From: Peribolospora baueri
Taxonomy: Eukaryota
Direction: 5' to 3'
DNA length: 64,000 nt
Assembly: GCA_029717555.1 (NCBI GenBank)
Contig: JAMDHS010000105.1
Coordinates: 1 to 64,000, forward strand
This document shows positions 1 to 11,569 of the stretch, piece by piece. A model generated the notes under the pieces. The model saw nothing but the letters and a program-made list of their open reading frames with translations. It searched no databases and was not told the DNA's origin. Each line of letters begins with the position of its first letter. Within the stretch, counting starts at the first letter, position 1. The position numbers and the translations under genes were made by a program.

Positions 1-3000
1 TGGTAAAGAGAAGGAAAAAAAAAAAAAAAAAAAAAAAAAAAGGAACCCGTCACACGGGCGATCAGCGCGCAAATCCAACCAACCCAGAACCAAAACCTCT
101 CGTCGCTCACCAAGCAGAAACCACAAAGCTCGGGCATGAGGACAAGCTCGGCAAGGTTGTGGACCGTCGAGTTGATCCAGCGTCGCCTCTGGGACAAGAG
201 AATGCCCCATCGGTCGGGCGCGGCGGTGTGAGCGACGGCGTCGGCGGTAAACTTGGTACGAAAGGCGGGGAAGTGCTTGAGGATGAGCGTGGTCAGGTAC
301 CTGTCCTCGCCGAGCGAGAGCAGGTTCTTCTTGTGCAGCGTGTCCACGTGGTTTTCCGAGTAGTCGTCGATGACGCGGTTCGAGATGATGACCGGCCGGC
401 CCTTGTCGGCCGTTCTGATGCGGTACATGGAGAAACAGCCGGGCAAGCAGGTGACGCTGCCGAAGAGCGATTCGAACGCCTTGGCGAGGTGGTGGGAGAT
501 GTAGTACTCGTACACCTGAATCATCGTCCACCAAGAGCCCTCCTCATTGTCTAGCTTGGTCTCGCCGCAGATGCCGATGACCGACGAGTCATCCGCGGTC
601 TGAGCGACCAGTCGGTTCAACGAGTCAGGTTCGACCGACGTGTCAGCGTCGACCATGAGAATATACCTGACGCGGGAAGAAACGAGGAGAGAGCCCAGTC
701 AGCCAGCAGCGCTCCGACCGCCCGCCCACCAGTCAGTCACACTCACTCATAAAACGCCGGATCGATGCCGATGACGTTCTTCATCTGGTGATACATCTCC
801 AGTTCCAGCGGCGCCATAGGTGAATCAAAGTGGACGCGGTTGAGGTATCTCATGAGCAAGATCTGCGTGTCCCTCTTGCCGCGGTTGCCCGGCCTCGACC
901 GCTCCGACGGCTTGCCGACCTTGACGACGACGATATACGGCACCACGTGTCCCTCAAACTCGTACAGACCCGAGTAGACCTTGCCGTAGTTGAGCTGCTT
1001 GCTACCCTCGCCGACCGACTTGAACATGAGCGGCTCCGGATCCACCTTGGGATCGACGCCAAGGATGTCGAGCACGATCCGAGGCGTCGGTCGATCGTTG
1101 CCGGAACCGACGATCATGCCGTCACAGATGATGAAGAGCAGCTTGCGCTTGTCATCGTACTTGAGGTTGGCCAGCGAGTCGATCGTCTTGCGCAGAGAAT
1201 CCTCTCCCTCGGTATAACACGGCACCTGGCAGATGACAAACTTGTCCTGCATCTCCGGCATGCGCTTCGTCGACAGCTGAAGGGCAGCGACAAACTTTGC
1301 GAGCAAGGTGGCGACGAGGATGATGGAGAAGGCCAGCAGGAGGTAGTTTTGCACCTGGCAGCGCGCCGAGTTGCGGAAGTCTACCTTGCCGACGTAGCTG
1401 TAGAGAAGAGAGGAAAGAGGATGGATCGATGCTATGAACCCCGCGGCCCGCAGTGAAAAAAGAAAGAAGCAACTCACAAGACCTGCTTCAAGCACGTATA
1501 AACCTGCTCCTGCGTCGTCTGATTCAAAGCAGCCATAGCAGCGTTATAATCCTTGGAGATATCCTGTCCAGGCTGCTGCTGAAAGAGGTTCGAAATAGAC
1601 GAGTCGATAAAGTGCGGGTCTTGCACGCCCGTCCCACTACCCGTGCTGACCGAAGCGGTGTATATATAGTTGGATAGGTCGAAAATCTCGCCGTTGACGA
1701 TCGCCCACGATCGCTGATCGTTGTCGGCCTGCTGGGAGATGGTGCCCTTGGAGTAGACGAGCGGGCCCTTGTGGTACTGGACCATCTTGGGGAGGAACGT
1801 TTTCGGGTACCAGTTCTCGTCCGTCAGCGCCGCGCTGCCGGACATCATCGTGTGTGAGTGGATGGCCTGCGTGACGGTGGGCGCGTACGTGTCGTTGGCG
1901 ATCTGCAGCTGATAGTTGTCCGTTTGAACGAGGCCGGGACAGCCGACGGTCATGGGGATGGGGAAGTAGTTGGTCAAGTCCTGACCCGCAAGCTGGATCA
2001 TCAGGTCGTTCGTCGTCTGCAGGTTCGCGTCGTCGGAGTGCTGTCCCCTCCAAAAGTGGGTCAGGTCGTACACCTCGCCGCGCACGGTCACCCAGTAATC
2101 GTCCGGGCCCTGGTGCTCGTTGACTTCCTTGAGCGACCAGGCCTTGTCAAAGTTGGGGCAGAGGAGCTTTCCAAAGACGAGGATGTAGAAGAGGACGAGG
2201 GCGCAGGCGAAGAAGATGAGCATGCACAACGTCACCTTTTCTCTCCACGCCAGCCGCACGTCGGGCCGCTTCATGCCTCCGAGCGAGGAGAGCAAGAACG
2301 ACGGAATCCACCACGTCGACAGCCATACGAACCGGACCCACCACCGCCGTGTGGCGGACGTGGGTACCTCCTCAACGGCGTCGAGCGGGCCCCTCTCCTT
2401 GACCACCATCCTCGAACCCAACGCCGCGTCCTTCTCCAAGGCGTTCACCATCGGCGAGCTCTCGTAGCCTCCTCCCATGCCGCCGACACCGCCAGCGCCA
2501 CCCCCGCCGGGGGACACACCTTCGCCGCCGGCACCGCGCTTGTTCCAGCTTTCGCCCCAACCGACGGTGCTGGGCGCGCCGCCGGCCTCGGAAGAAGGGC
2601 CATCGAAGGGCGTGCGGAAAGGGTCGGAGACGAGCGAGGGCCTCCGGAGCAGGAGGTCGTCCGCGCTTTCCCCCACGCCCGGCCTGGTGGCGCTGGCGGA
2701 AAGATCACCCCAGTCGCCTCCGGCGCCATCAAAGTAGGACGAGTTGGTGCCGCGGCGGCCCCCGTCGTCGCCGCCGAGGGGAGGGTAAGCGGTGTCGTCA
2801 CCACCGTCCTCGTCGGCATAAGGCACGACGGCATCATCCTCGTGCGGCTCGGATGCGATCAGCCGATCCTCGAGCTTCCTCCACGCGCCGTACGTGAGCC
2901 ACACCCGATCTTTGCCCGCCGCATAGTCCAAGCCGTCCCTCCACGCGCTGGCGATCGCGTACGCCTGTAGTTTCTCCTTGGGCGTCGAGGCTCCGACGGC

Positions 3001-5316
3001 AGTGGCAGTGGGTTCGACGGCGAGGGCGTAACGTTCGCAGAACTGGTCGAAGGGCAGGTTAGAGACGTACTCTGTTCTGCGCCGGCCGACGAGGTCCGGG
3101 AGAAGGGTGGCGCGGATCTGCTGCTTAACGCGACGGACGTCGAACGACGCCGGTTGGGCGATGTCGTTGGGCCGGAAGCAGAGCACGTCCCAGACGAGGC
3201 CGCACTCGTCGATCTGGGCGAGCAGTTCGGCGAAGGTGGAGTTGAGCTGACGCGTGACGGCGTACACCTTGGACGAATCGAGTAAGGGTTGGGCGGGAGA
3301 AGGTTCGCCGCCGTCCGCCGTCGAGCTCGGACGGCGGAGAGGAGAGGAGGACACCTGAGCGGCGACGACGGAGTTTTCGTCGAGCGGGTGTGCCTCGGTG
3401 GCAAGACAAGGTCCGGAGAAGAGCTTGGCGACAAAGGGGGCGCTACTGGAGCGCAAGAGACTCACGAAGGCGGAGTCGAAGAAGTCGAGGTCACGTTCGA
3501 CGAAGCCGCGAACGTCGTACGAGCACGAGCCGGAGTAATGGTTGATGCCGAAGATCGGCGGCCTCGATTCAGCGCCGGGGCCGGCGGAGCGGGAGGAGAC
3601 GAACGAGTTGTGCACGGCGAACTGGTTGTCGAGCTCGGTCAGCAAGGCTTCGTCGTCATCCTCGCTGGCCTTTCCGGCGCGGACGCGGTGGCACGTCTTG
3701 TCCAACACGCCAAGCACGCCGCCGGGCTTCTTGTCCGCCCTTGTGCCGAGAAGGGTTCCGCGGAGGAGCTCGACGCACGCCGTGTTGTCCATCGTCACAA
3801 TCTCCGGCAGGCTCAAGCCATCGCGAACGAGGGGGGCATTGGCCGGCGAGGCGTCGTCGAAGGAGCGGCGCGTGAGCCAAGACTGGAGGAGCTCGGCCTG
3901 GTAGTTGATCGCGAATACGTCGAAGGCGTTGCTCGTCTGGGCGCCGGCGGAGGGAGCAGACATGCTGCCGCCGGGACGAGTCTGGAAGCCGGGCAGGTCG
4001 AGCTGGACGATGCGGCGGGAGGACGACCGTCCGTCGTCGTCCTCGTCGGCATCAGGGGCGACGCGGTGGTTGGCGGTCTCGACGACAAAGGCGAACAGGA
4101 TGGCGTACAGATCTCGAGCCAACGCATCCCTCTGAGCGGCGGCTCCGTCGGCGTTGAGGAGGATGGTGCAGAGTTCCTTGCGGACGTAGCGAGAGCGGTT
4201 GGTGAGCACCTGCTCGAGCTCTTCCGAAGTGACGCCGAGGAGCTCAGCGGCGTCGGCGAGCGCGGCTGGGTTGGAGATGCAAGCGGACTCGTAGGACGCG
4301 TCCTTGGCACCGTAGTCGTAGAAGGTGATGTTGCCGAGGAGAAGGATGGCAGAGAGGAGGGAGAAGATGGAGTGGACGTGCTTAGGCTTGAAACCGAGGG
4401 TCTTCATGGCGGCGCGGAGCTCATCCATGGCGATCGCGTCGTCGCTCGAGGGTCCTCCGGAGAGGCGATAGCAGCCGGAGGAGGAGAGAAGGGCGTATGA
4501 GGTGACGTCATCGAGTCGGAGAGTGTCGCGCTCGTCGGGGGTGGCGCCGGCGAGGAGCTGGTAGAAGACGTGGAAGGTGCGCTCGTCGTGGGCGAGGGGC
4601 GCGTTGACGCGGACCTTGTCGAGGCCGAAGGTGAGCACCTTGGCGGCGGCGACGCGACCGAGCGGGGTGAAATGCATTTCGAGGTAGCGGCCGTAGCGGG
4701 AGGCATTCGAGTTGGCCGTTGTCTTGGCAGAGCCGAACGAGTCGAGGACGGTGTCGAGGGCCTTGATCTGGTCGGCCAGTTTCTGCTCTCGCTTCTGGCG
4801 CGCGGAGAGGCGAAGGATTTGGGCGGTGAGGAGGCGCGAAGTGAAGGTCTTGCCTGAGCCGGTGATGCCGCTGAGGAGGGGAGGAGGACATGGATGAGCC
4901 ATACGCGGCGAGGGGCTGACGCTGACGCCGGGCGCTCACCTATACACGACGCCCTGCGCCTTGGCGGTCCTCTTCATGGCCATCCAAACCCTGCCGGCCG
5001 TTTCGTAGGGATGAGGCTGGAGGGCCGCGGGTTGGGGCTGCTTGGTGGCCGTCTCATACTTTGCGCTGCTCTCGTCCGAGAGGTTGGCCAACGTCCTCAG
5101 CGGGTTGACGACGACGAGGCCGAGGCCGGAGGAGGAGAGGTGGGTGTAGGGAAGATCGGCTCGGAAGCGAGCCTGGAGGGCGGCGAGGAGGACGTCGTCA
5201 GAGGGGTAGACGGTGGAGGATGTGGTGGAGGAGATGAGAGAGGCGAGGTCGTGCGTCGATGCGGGCGGGGGCCCGTTGGCGACGAGCGCCGAAAGGGTGG
5301 ACGCTCGTGCGGACAT
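1..5316 (-). CDS. Chitin synthase with N-terminal myosin motor-like domain (class V/myosin-17 type) and cytochrome b5-like domain; multi-exon, 3' end runs off the window
   Basis: ATG at 5316. Intron 4871-4939 joins [12 protein letters not shown] (P-loop). Also NSNASRYG (switch I), DLPGF (switch II), b5-like '[13 protein letters not shown]', and Chitin_synth_2 motifs '[11 protein letters not shown]', 'GNRGKRD', '[10 protein letters not shown]' (~285-320) and '[10 protein letters not shown]' (~165-195). Confidence 0.95.
16..41. repeat. Poly-A run (poly-T on the sense strand) inside a chitin synthase intron
   Basis: About 26 consecutive A, downstream of the minus-strand GTGAGC donor at ~110. 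Confidence 0.85.
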
Positions 5317-5579
5317 GACAAGGGAAAGGGAAGGGAGCGTGGTCGGTGTCGAAGCCGGCCGGTGGAAGTGTCCGTTTAGGGGAGAAAGAGGGAAGAGAAG
5401 AAGGGAGAAGAGAAAAGAGAAGAGGCGAGAGGGTGGGAAGAAAGAAGATCAAGGTCAAGGTAGGCCGATCCGGGGATGGTTAGTGGTGGAAGGGAGGGAG
5501 CGTCGATGGAAGGCGGAGGAGGCGAGAAGGGATGAGGGACGGTCGTCGTCCGCCTGTTCCTCTCTTTGCCTCTCCTTTT

Positions 5580-5965
5580 CTATCCTATCCTATCCTATCC
5601 TATCCTGTCCTGTCCTTTCCTTTCCTTTGCCTGGCCGTTCGTTCCTTCCGCCTCCCAAAGTCGCGTCGAGATGGTGGAAGAGAAAAGAAAAGAAAAGCGG
5701 GTGGCGGGTTGGGCGAAGGAAATAATGAAGGCGGTGTGAAGACTGATGATATGATGATGAGCGGAAGGCCGGCCGACGACAGCCGCGGCCGTGCTGCGGC
5801 GACCTGGGGTGATCGACTGCCCGGAGGTCTCAGCCGGGGACGGCCCTTGCACGACGTCGTCGATGCGAAGAGTGGGTGTATGTTGTATGTTGTATGTTGT
5901 ATGTTGTACGTGTATGTATTTATGTTGTATGTCGTATCTATGTATGTGCTTGTGGTGTATGTGTG
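5580..5965. repeat. Microsatellite/low-complexity tracts: (CTATC)n and (TGTATGT)n
   Basis: CTATC repeats at ~5580-5605 and TGTATGT-like repeats at ~5877-5965, between the chitin synthase and methyltransferase start codons. Confidence 0.75.
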
Positions 5966-6468
5966 TGCTACATACATGCCCACTCCTTCCACCGCCCGGA
6001 TGGAGCCAAGGCCAAGGCCAAGGCCAACTCGCTTGGCCCGCCTTCTTTCCCCTTCCTCCGATTTCTTCCAGCCCTTGCCGCATACCCTTTCTCCCTGTCC
6101 TCCCTCTTGCCGCAGCACACCCTTCGTATAGCACTACCGCCAAGCAACCGTCAGTCAGCACGGCCGGCGTCCGGGTTCTATACAGAAGAGCAGAGCAGGT
6201 GCAGTCTGGATACCGAGGAGGCTGGAGCAGAGCAATGGGAGAACGTGCGCAACTATATGATGTGACCATGGACGGACGGACGGACGGCCCGTCGTCTATC
6301 TACGCGCCGCGAGCCAGCAGCCGATGATGGCCCGTGCCCATCCGTTCATCTTCTCTTCTCTTCGCCCAGTCCAAACACCATCCTCAGCCTTGCTTGGCCT
6401 CCAAAACGAAAAACATAAAGTAAAGTAGGCCATACACTTTCGTCTTTCACCTCGCCCTTGTGCCCCCT

Positions 6469-7567
6469 ATGGCCGACTCCGACTCCGATTCGGCCGCCGA
6501 CATCGACATCTTCGAGTCCTCCCTCGCCTCGCTCTTCCACCATCTCCCCGTCGCCTACGGTGATCCCGCCGGGACATTCGTATGGACGCCTCCCGATCGA
6601 GACAGACAGGGAGATCGCACGCGCCTGCCGTCGTCCGACCCCATCGTCCTCAAGCTCGCTTCGCCGCCCGGCGACAAGACGGCGCTGCAAGGTGAGTGCG
6701 CGGGCGATGGAGCGAGCGATGGAGCGATAAGAGAGCCAGCCAGCCAGTCCACCGGTCGAGCCATTCGCCTGACGTCTTGCATCGCATCGTCACATGCGCT
6801 CCGCTTCGTTTGCCCCAGCACACCACGTCTGGACAGCCAGCCTCTACCTCGCCTCCCTCCTCCTCGACCCTCCCCATCCCACCCATCCCTCCCCGTCCAT
6901 ATCCGTCCGCAACCTCCGCGTCGCAGAGCTAGGCGCCGGCGCAGGCCTCGCCGGCATCGCCGCCGCGAGAGCCGGAGCGAGGGAGGTGGTGGCGACGGAT
7001 TATCCGGACGAGACCATCTTGGATGCTCTATGTGCCAATTGGACGGCCAACGTGGGTCACCATGGCGAGCGCGCCACTTGTTGTACGTGGCAAGTGATGG
7101 GCCACGAGTGGGGCACCTCTGTCCAACCTCTTCTCCTCGCTCCTCGTCCCGCGCGACCCCGCCCATTCGACATCATCCTCCTCGCCGACGTCCTCTGGAT
7201 ATCCTCCCTCCACAAACCCCTCGTCTCCTCCCTACTTGGCCTCCTCCACCCCACACGCGGTCGCGCCTACCTCACCGCCGCACTCCACACCGGCCGCGCA
7301 CCGCTGCACCGCTTCGCCGCAGAGGTGGATAGGCAAGGCGGCGTCCTCTCGTGGAGAGGCGAGGCCAAGGCCAAGGCGGGCGCTTTTTTGGCCGGGGCCG
7401 GAGAGCGCGCGGAGTGGGAAGAGTATCGACCGCCTGTGGGCCGCGACGAGACCGCGGACGAGCAGAGAGGCGTCGTTGTTTTTTGCGAGGTCAGGCATAA
7501 GGCTTTTGTGGAGAGACGATGCGAGCGTGAATGCGAGTGCGAATACGAACGCGAATACGATGACTAG
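6469..7567 (+). CDS. Seven-beta-strand protein lysine/N-terminal methyltransferase, EFM7/NNT1-like (METTL21/MTF16 family)
   Basis: Exons 6469-6691 and 6819-7567 (GTGAGT...CCCCAG). The joined protein reads 'ALQAHHVWTASLYL', motif I 'VAELGAGAGLAG', 'VVATDYPD' and 'FDIILLADVLW'. Confidence 0.85.
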
Positions 7568-7675
7568 CCGTTTCGTCGACTTGTTTCTCGGACGGTGCAA
7601 GAACTAGCTAGTATCCATCCTCGGTTCGATGACGACACTCTTTAGCAATCCAATCCATCTTTCCACTCCTCTTCC

Positions 7676-9120
7676 TCAAGGCAATCGATACCTCACTCTA
7701 TCTGCTGCCAACAGAAACTCTTGCCCGCCTGCCCTCCCACCACCACCATGCCCCAACGCTTGCGCTTTCACCTCCTCTCCGACCTGCTGCGCCAGTCCGC
7801 CCCCGGCGCCCCCAGCGCTGAGCTCGTGCCACCCCAACGGCCCACAGTCGCAGTCGGCGCACGTGAGGTACTTGACCTTGGCCGACGGCCGGGAGGGGAC
7901 GGTGGCGTCTTTCGAGAAGCCTACGTTTTCGAACGATAGCGGCGAGGGGACCGAGAAGGCGGGCAGGAGTCCCGTCGTCGACGTCAACGATGGCGGCGCC
8001 GGCGAGTTGGCAAGCTTCAGGTTCGGATCGGCCAGCTAGGGGTGCGTGCGGTGCGCACCAAAAATGAAGGAAACCTCACGACTCGATCAGCACCGACGGC
8101 CGACCCCACCCGACTATCGCGGATGGATTCCCGTCGACTCACCGGCCATCCATCCCGTTCGACAAACTCAGCCGCTCCCTTGCGCACGAGCAAGCAGCCA
8201 CACTCCTCCCTCGGACAGAAGAGGTCCGCCCTGTTCGTCCATTTCCCGTCCGCGCCTTCCGTGATCAGCTCTTTCATCGAGCCTCCGAATGATCCTACCG
8301 GTTTGCCCGGGTTTCGAGACGGTCTAGCAGATTGCTGAGCTCGTAGGGCGGCCAGTGCCGCCTCGGCACTCAAGCCCGTGGGCGACCGGGACGACATCGA
8401 TGAATTTGGCGGGCCGTCGGAAGAAATCGAAGCGGACGACGTGCCGGACGAGAACTTGGAGAGCGGCAATCGCATCTCCCACCACGGTTCGCTGCCCCAC
8501 GCCACCGCGCTCCTCCCGCCATCCTGAAAGCCGACTTTTTCGTAGAACGGCTTGAGTTGGTCGTGAGCGAGCAGCGCCATCGCCTCGTACCCCTTCCCTC
8601 CCTCGGCGCCCTTCCGCCGCTCAGCTTCGGCCAGGCGCCGGACGTACTCTCCGATCAGGGCCCGGGCGATGCCGCGGCCTTGGTAGTAGGGCACGACTAC
8701 GAGGGAGTGCAAGCAGACGAGATGGGCGTCGGGGGAGGTGGAATGCTCAGACATGGACTCGAGCGTCAGCGCGGACGCCGCCGTGGAGATGGCGTGGCCG
8801 ATCAGCGTGCGGCCGGAGGACGGTGTGGGGACGTATGCGCCTAGGAAGAGGTCAGGGGCGTGCTTCTGTCTGTAACTGCAGTGGGAAAAGAACGAGACGG
8901 ATAACCGAACCGAGACCGGTCGTGTCGGCGACATTCCTTCCGAAGAGAGCAAATGACCGCCATCCATCGCCCCGCCGTGCGCTCACCGAAGTTTCTCCAA
9001 CGAGGCCGCCTCGTCCGGCGGGAAGCCTTGCGCCTCGATGCTGTGCGCAGCGTCCACCTCGTCCGGCGTGACGAGGTCAAAGAACAAGCCTTCGGGAAGG
9101 TTGGAAGACGTCGTCACCAT
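7676..9120 (-). CDS. GNAT acetyltransferase (PAA1/AANAT-like) fused to a C-terminal Mss4 (Rab GEF/chaperone) zinc-binding domain
   Basis: Exons 9120-8987, 8875-8143 and 8035-7676 splice in frame. GNAT motifs: 'IEAQGFPPDEAASLEKLRYR', 'VCLHSLVVVPYYQGRGIA', 'LKPFYEKVGF'. Mss4 motifs: 'NRADLFCPREECGCLL', 'FENVGFSK', 'KYLTCADCDCGPLGW', 'FLLAADRV'. Confidence 0.85.
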
Positions 9121-9981
9121 GAGGATCTGCTTCCTGACTCGTTCTCTCTGGTCGGGGAAGACGTGGAGCGAGAAGGGGCCGCCCTGTGCCAACCAATGTC
9201 ACGTGGCCGATCGGTTCATTATGCCAGCGGCGGGGTCGGAGTTCATCTATAGGATAAGGCGTGGCGAGCGGGGTGGAAGACGGCAGATGAGAACTTGGGA
9301 AAGGAGAGCACGACGTCGAGTCTCAACGTCACGGTTCGGTGGCGACAACGACGGCGACAACCAACGAACGCGTGCGGCGCATTTGGAACTCGTCCGTGTA
9401 AACAACGCTACATGTGCCCTAGGGAACTGGCACTACTTTGTGGGCCTCTGACAAACACGCACCGCCTCGCCCAGAGTATGCGTGGGAAGCCTCACCCAAT
9501 GCGGGACGGTGTTACATTCACTCCCACCAACGTCCCCTCTCCATGGACGAAGAGCGGTCCAGCCCCGGCGAGGAAGGTATGAAAGAAGCCTCCTTCCCCG
9601 CCTCCCCTATCTTCTCCCTCCATCCTCCACTACCAATCCTCTCCCACAAGCTTCGTCCTCCCCCCACTTTTCCATGACCGTCGCCGGAGGGCCTACTACT
9701 CTCTTCTTGTCTAGCTTTGTCAGGTTCCTCGCTCAGGTCCATCCTCTCCTTTGGACTGCCAAGTCACAACCTGCAACTGCTCTGGTGCCGACGCCCGAGT
9801 CTTTGGTGTCTTCGCCATCGTGTCGCGCCTGAAGATGCTCTATCCTGCCCTTCCCTTCCCACCTGTCGCCTTTCGCAAATCAGGTGAGTGTCTCGGGGCA
9901 TTTAGATTCAGGCCTTCTGCTCTCAGGAACGAAGACTCAACGTGTCTTGGTCCATACTATTGCAGATTGTCATCGATCTTC

Positions 9982-10188
9982 CGGAACTCGAGCTGGGCGG
10001 TGTGCGGCCCCTTGCGCACCACTTCCTCCATCCCTCCAGCCAGGCCGGCTCTTTTTCGAGCTCGGCCTGGGCCGCCCTTCGCAACACGGAACTCGAGCTC
10101 TGGGCGGTGTGCGGTCCCTGCGCACCACTTCCCCCATCCCTCCAGCCAGGTCGGCTCTTTTTCGAGCTCGGCCTGGCATCACAACACG
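9982..10188. repeat. Tandem direct duplication of ~105 bp, each copy containing a GC-rich hairpin
   Basis: Copies start CGGAACTCGAGC at 9982 and 10087 and are near-identical apart from small indels. Hairpins CCAGG(C/T)CG-GCTC...GAGC-T-CGGCCTGG at 10040-10070 and 10146-10176. Confidence 0.85.
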
Positions 10189-11347
10189 ACCTCGGTCGCG
10201 ACCCATCTTTGGGCCAGACGAACGTTCAGCGGCAATGGTGGCACCTGAGGAGCGACAGCGACCCGGATAGAGCATCGTCAAGCGTACCGCGATCGTGGGG
10301 ATGTTGAAGATTCCGGCGTCGGTGTCGGGGCATGCGCGGGGCGTGACGACGCAGTCCTGGAGGGGGTGGCAAGTAGTGAGGGACGCGGCAAGGCTGGACT
10401 TGGAGAGGGGAGGGGGCTAGCCAGTGACGGTTATGGTGAGTGGGGATGGGCAAGCGCTTGTGTGAATGGATTGACTGTCCGACTTCATGTTTCCCCCAGA
10501 AGGCGCCTTCGGGTTCCGTATGGAACGTGGACACGAGGGATGAAGAACCCCTCCCCCCTTTATTCTCCACTGATCCGACCTCGCCGACGTCAGCCTCCCT
10601 CCCCACCACCGATGATCCAACCTCTCCCTACCTTCCCTCCTCTCCATCACTGGTGATCCGAACTCTCCCCTCCCCCCCCCCTCCATTCTCATACCGTAGG
10701 AAAGATGAGTGCCTTTTAGCGTAGCTGCCCCTTCCCTCCCCCTCCTCCAAGTAGATGCAGACCATCCCCCTTTTCCCCCTCCAATTAGAAGCGGACCATT
10801 CCCCTCTCCCCCCTAGGTAGCAGAAACCCGGTCATCGTCTACCTTTTCCATTTTATATACCACATACTTCCCTGCAGTGTATATCCCATTAAATAGGAGT
10901 CGTTAATGATTACTGCTACTTTGGTTGACCTTCTATCGTCTCTGGCCTCGCACGAGCACACCCGCTGGTCTGATGCTTCGAATGCTTCTCACGAAAAGGA
11001 AAAGAATAGAATTATAAAAAATTCAATACATATTTTAATACTACTTAAAAAGGTCCTCCTTTGGCCGATCAACTTTCATTGCGAGGAGGAAGATTCCGTC
11101 CCATCACGAGTGAGTGAGGAGGTACGCAATCATGGGCTATGGGGAATGTGAACGGGCGTTAACTCGTTCACGTCATTTGCCCCCTCTGTGCGGGATGAGA
11201 TTGAAGTAGACGGCTTTTGGCAGAAAGGAGGGCAAACAATGCCTACGCTCACTCAATGGGCGGAAGGGAACCTTGCGCCGAGCGAGGTTCAAATCCAATT
11301 GGAAGGCGCTCGCCCACTTCTTTCCGGAGGTGTCTGGGACGGAAGAG

Positions 11348-11400
11348 ATTGGCAGAGCCCGCGACAAGTCACGTGACCAATCGTTCATTATATAATATTA
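11348..11400 (+). promoter_or_regulatory. Putative promoter of the sugar transporter: palindromic E-box flanked by CCAAT boxes, then a TATA-like element
   Basis: ATTGG at 11348-11352, GTCACGTGAC at 11368-11377, CCAAT at 11377-11381 and TATAATATTA at ~11391-11400, about 170-220 nt upstream of ATG 11570. Confidence 0.4.
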
Positions 11401-11569
11401 GGTCTAAAAGGCGGGGTGAGCTCCATATCGGGTGGGCGGCGCCGGCCATCTATCTGACTGCGAACACCACCACGTAATTCTTCTGTTTCGCCCCTCCACC
11501 TTCCATGGCCACGCAGCCTTCCCCCTCCATTACATTGCGTCTTGTTTCGTTACACCGTAGGATTTCACA

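Noticed and set aside
1858..4500. Long plus-strand ORFs (370 and 403 aa) antisense to chitin synthase, and many similar shadow ORFs across the window
   Set aside because: These are expected from high third-position GC codon bias on the real coding strand, and they contain no recognisable motifs.
5316..6469. Head-to-head class V / class VII chitin synthase pair as seen in filamentous ascomycetes
   Set aside because: The divergent neighbour is a methyltransferase, not a second chitin synthase.
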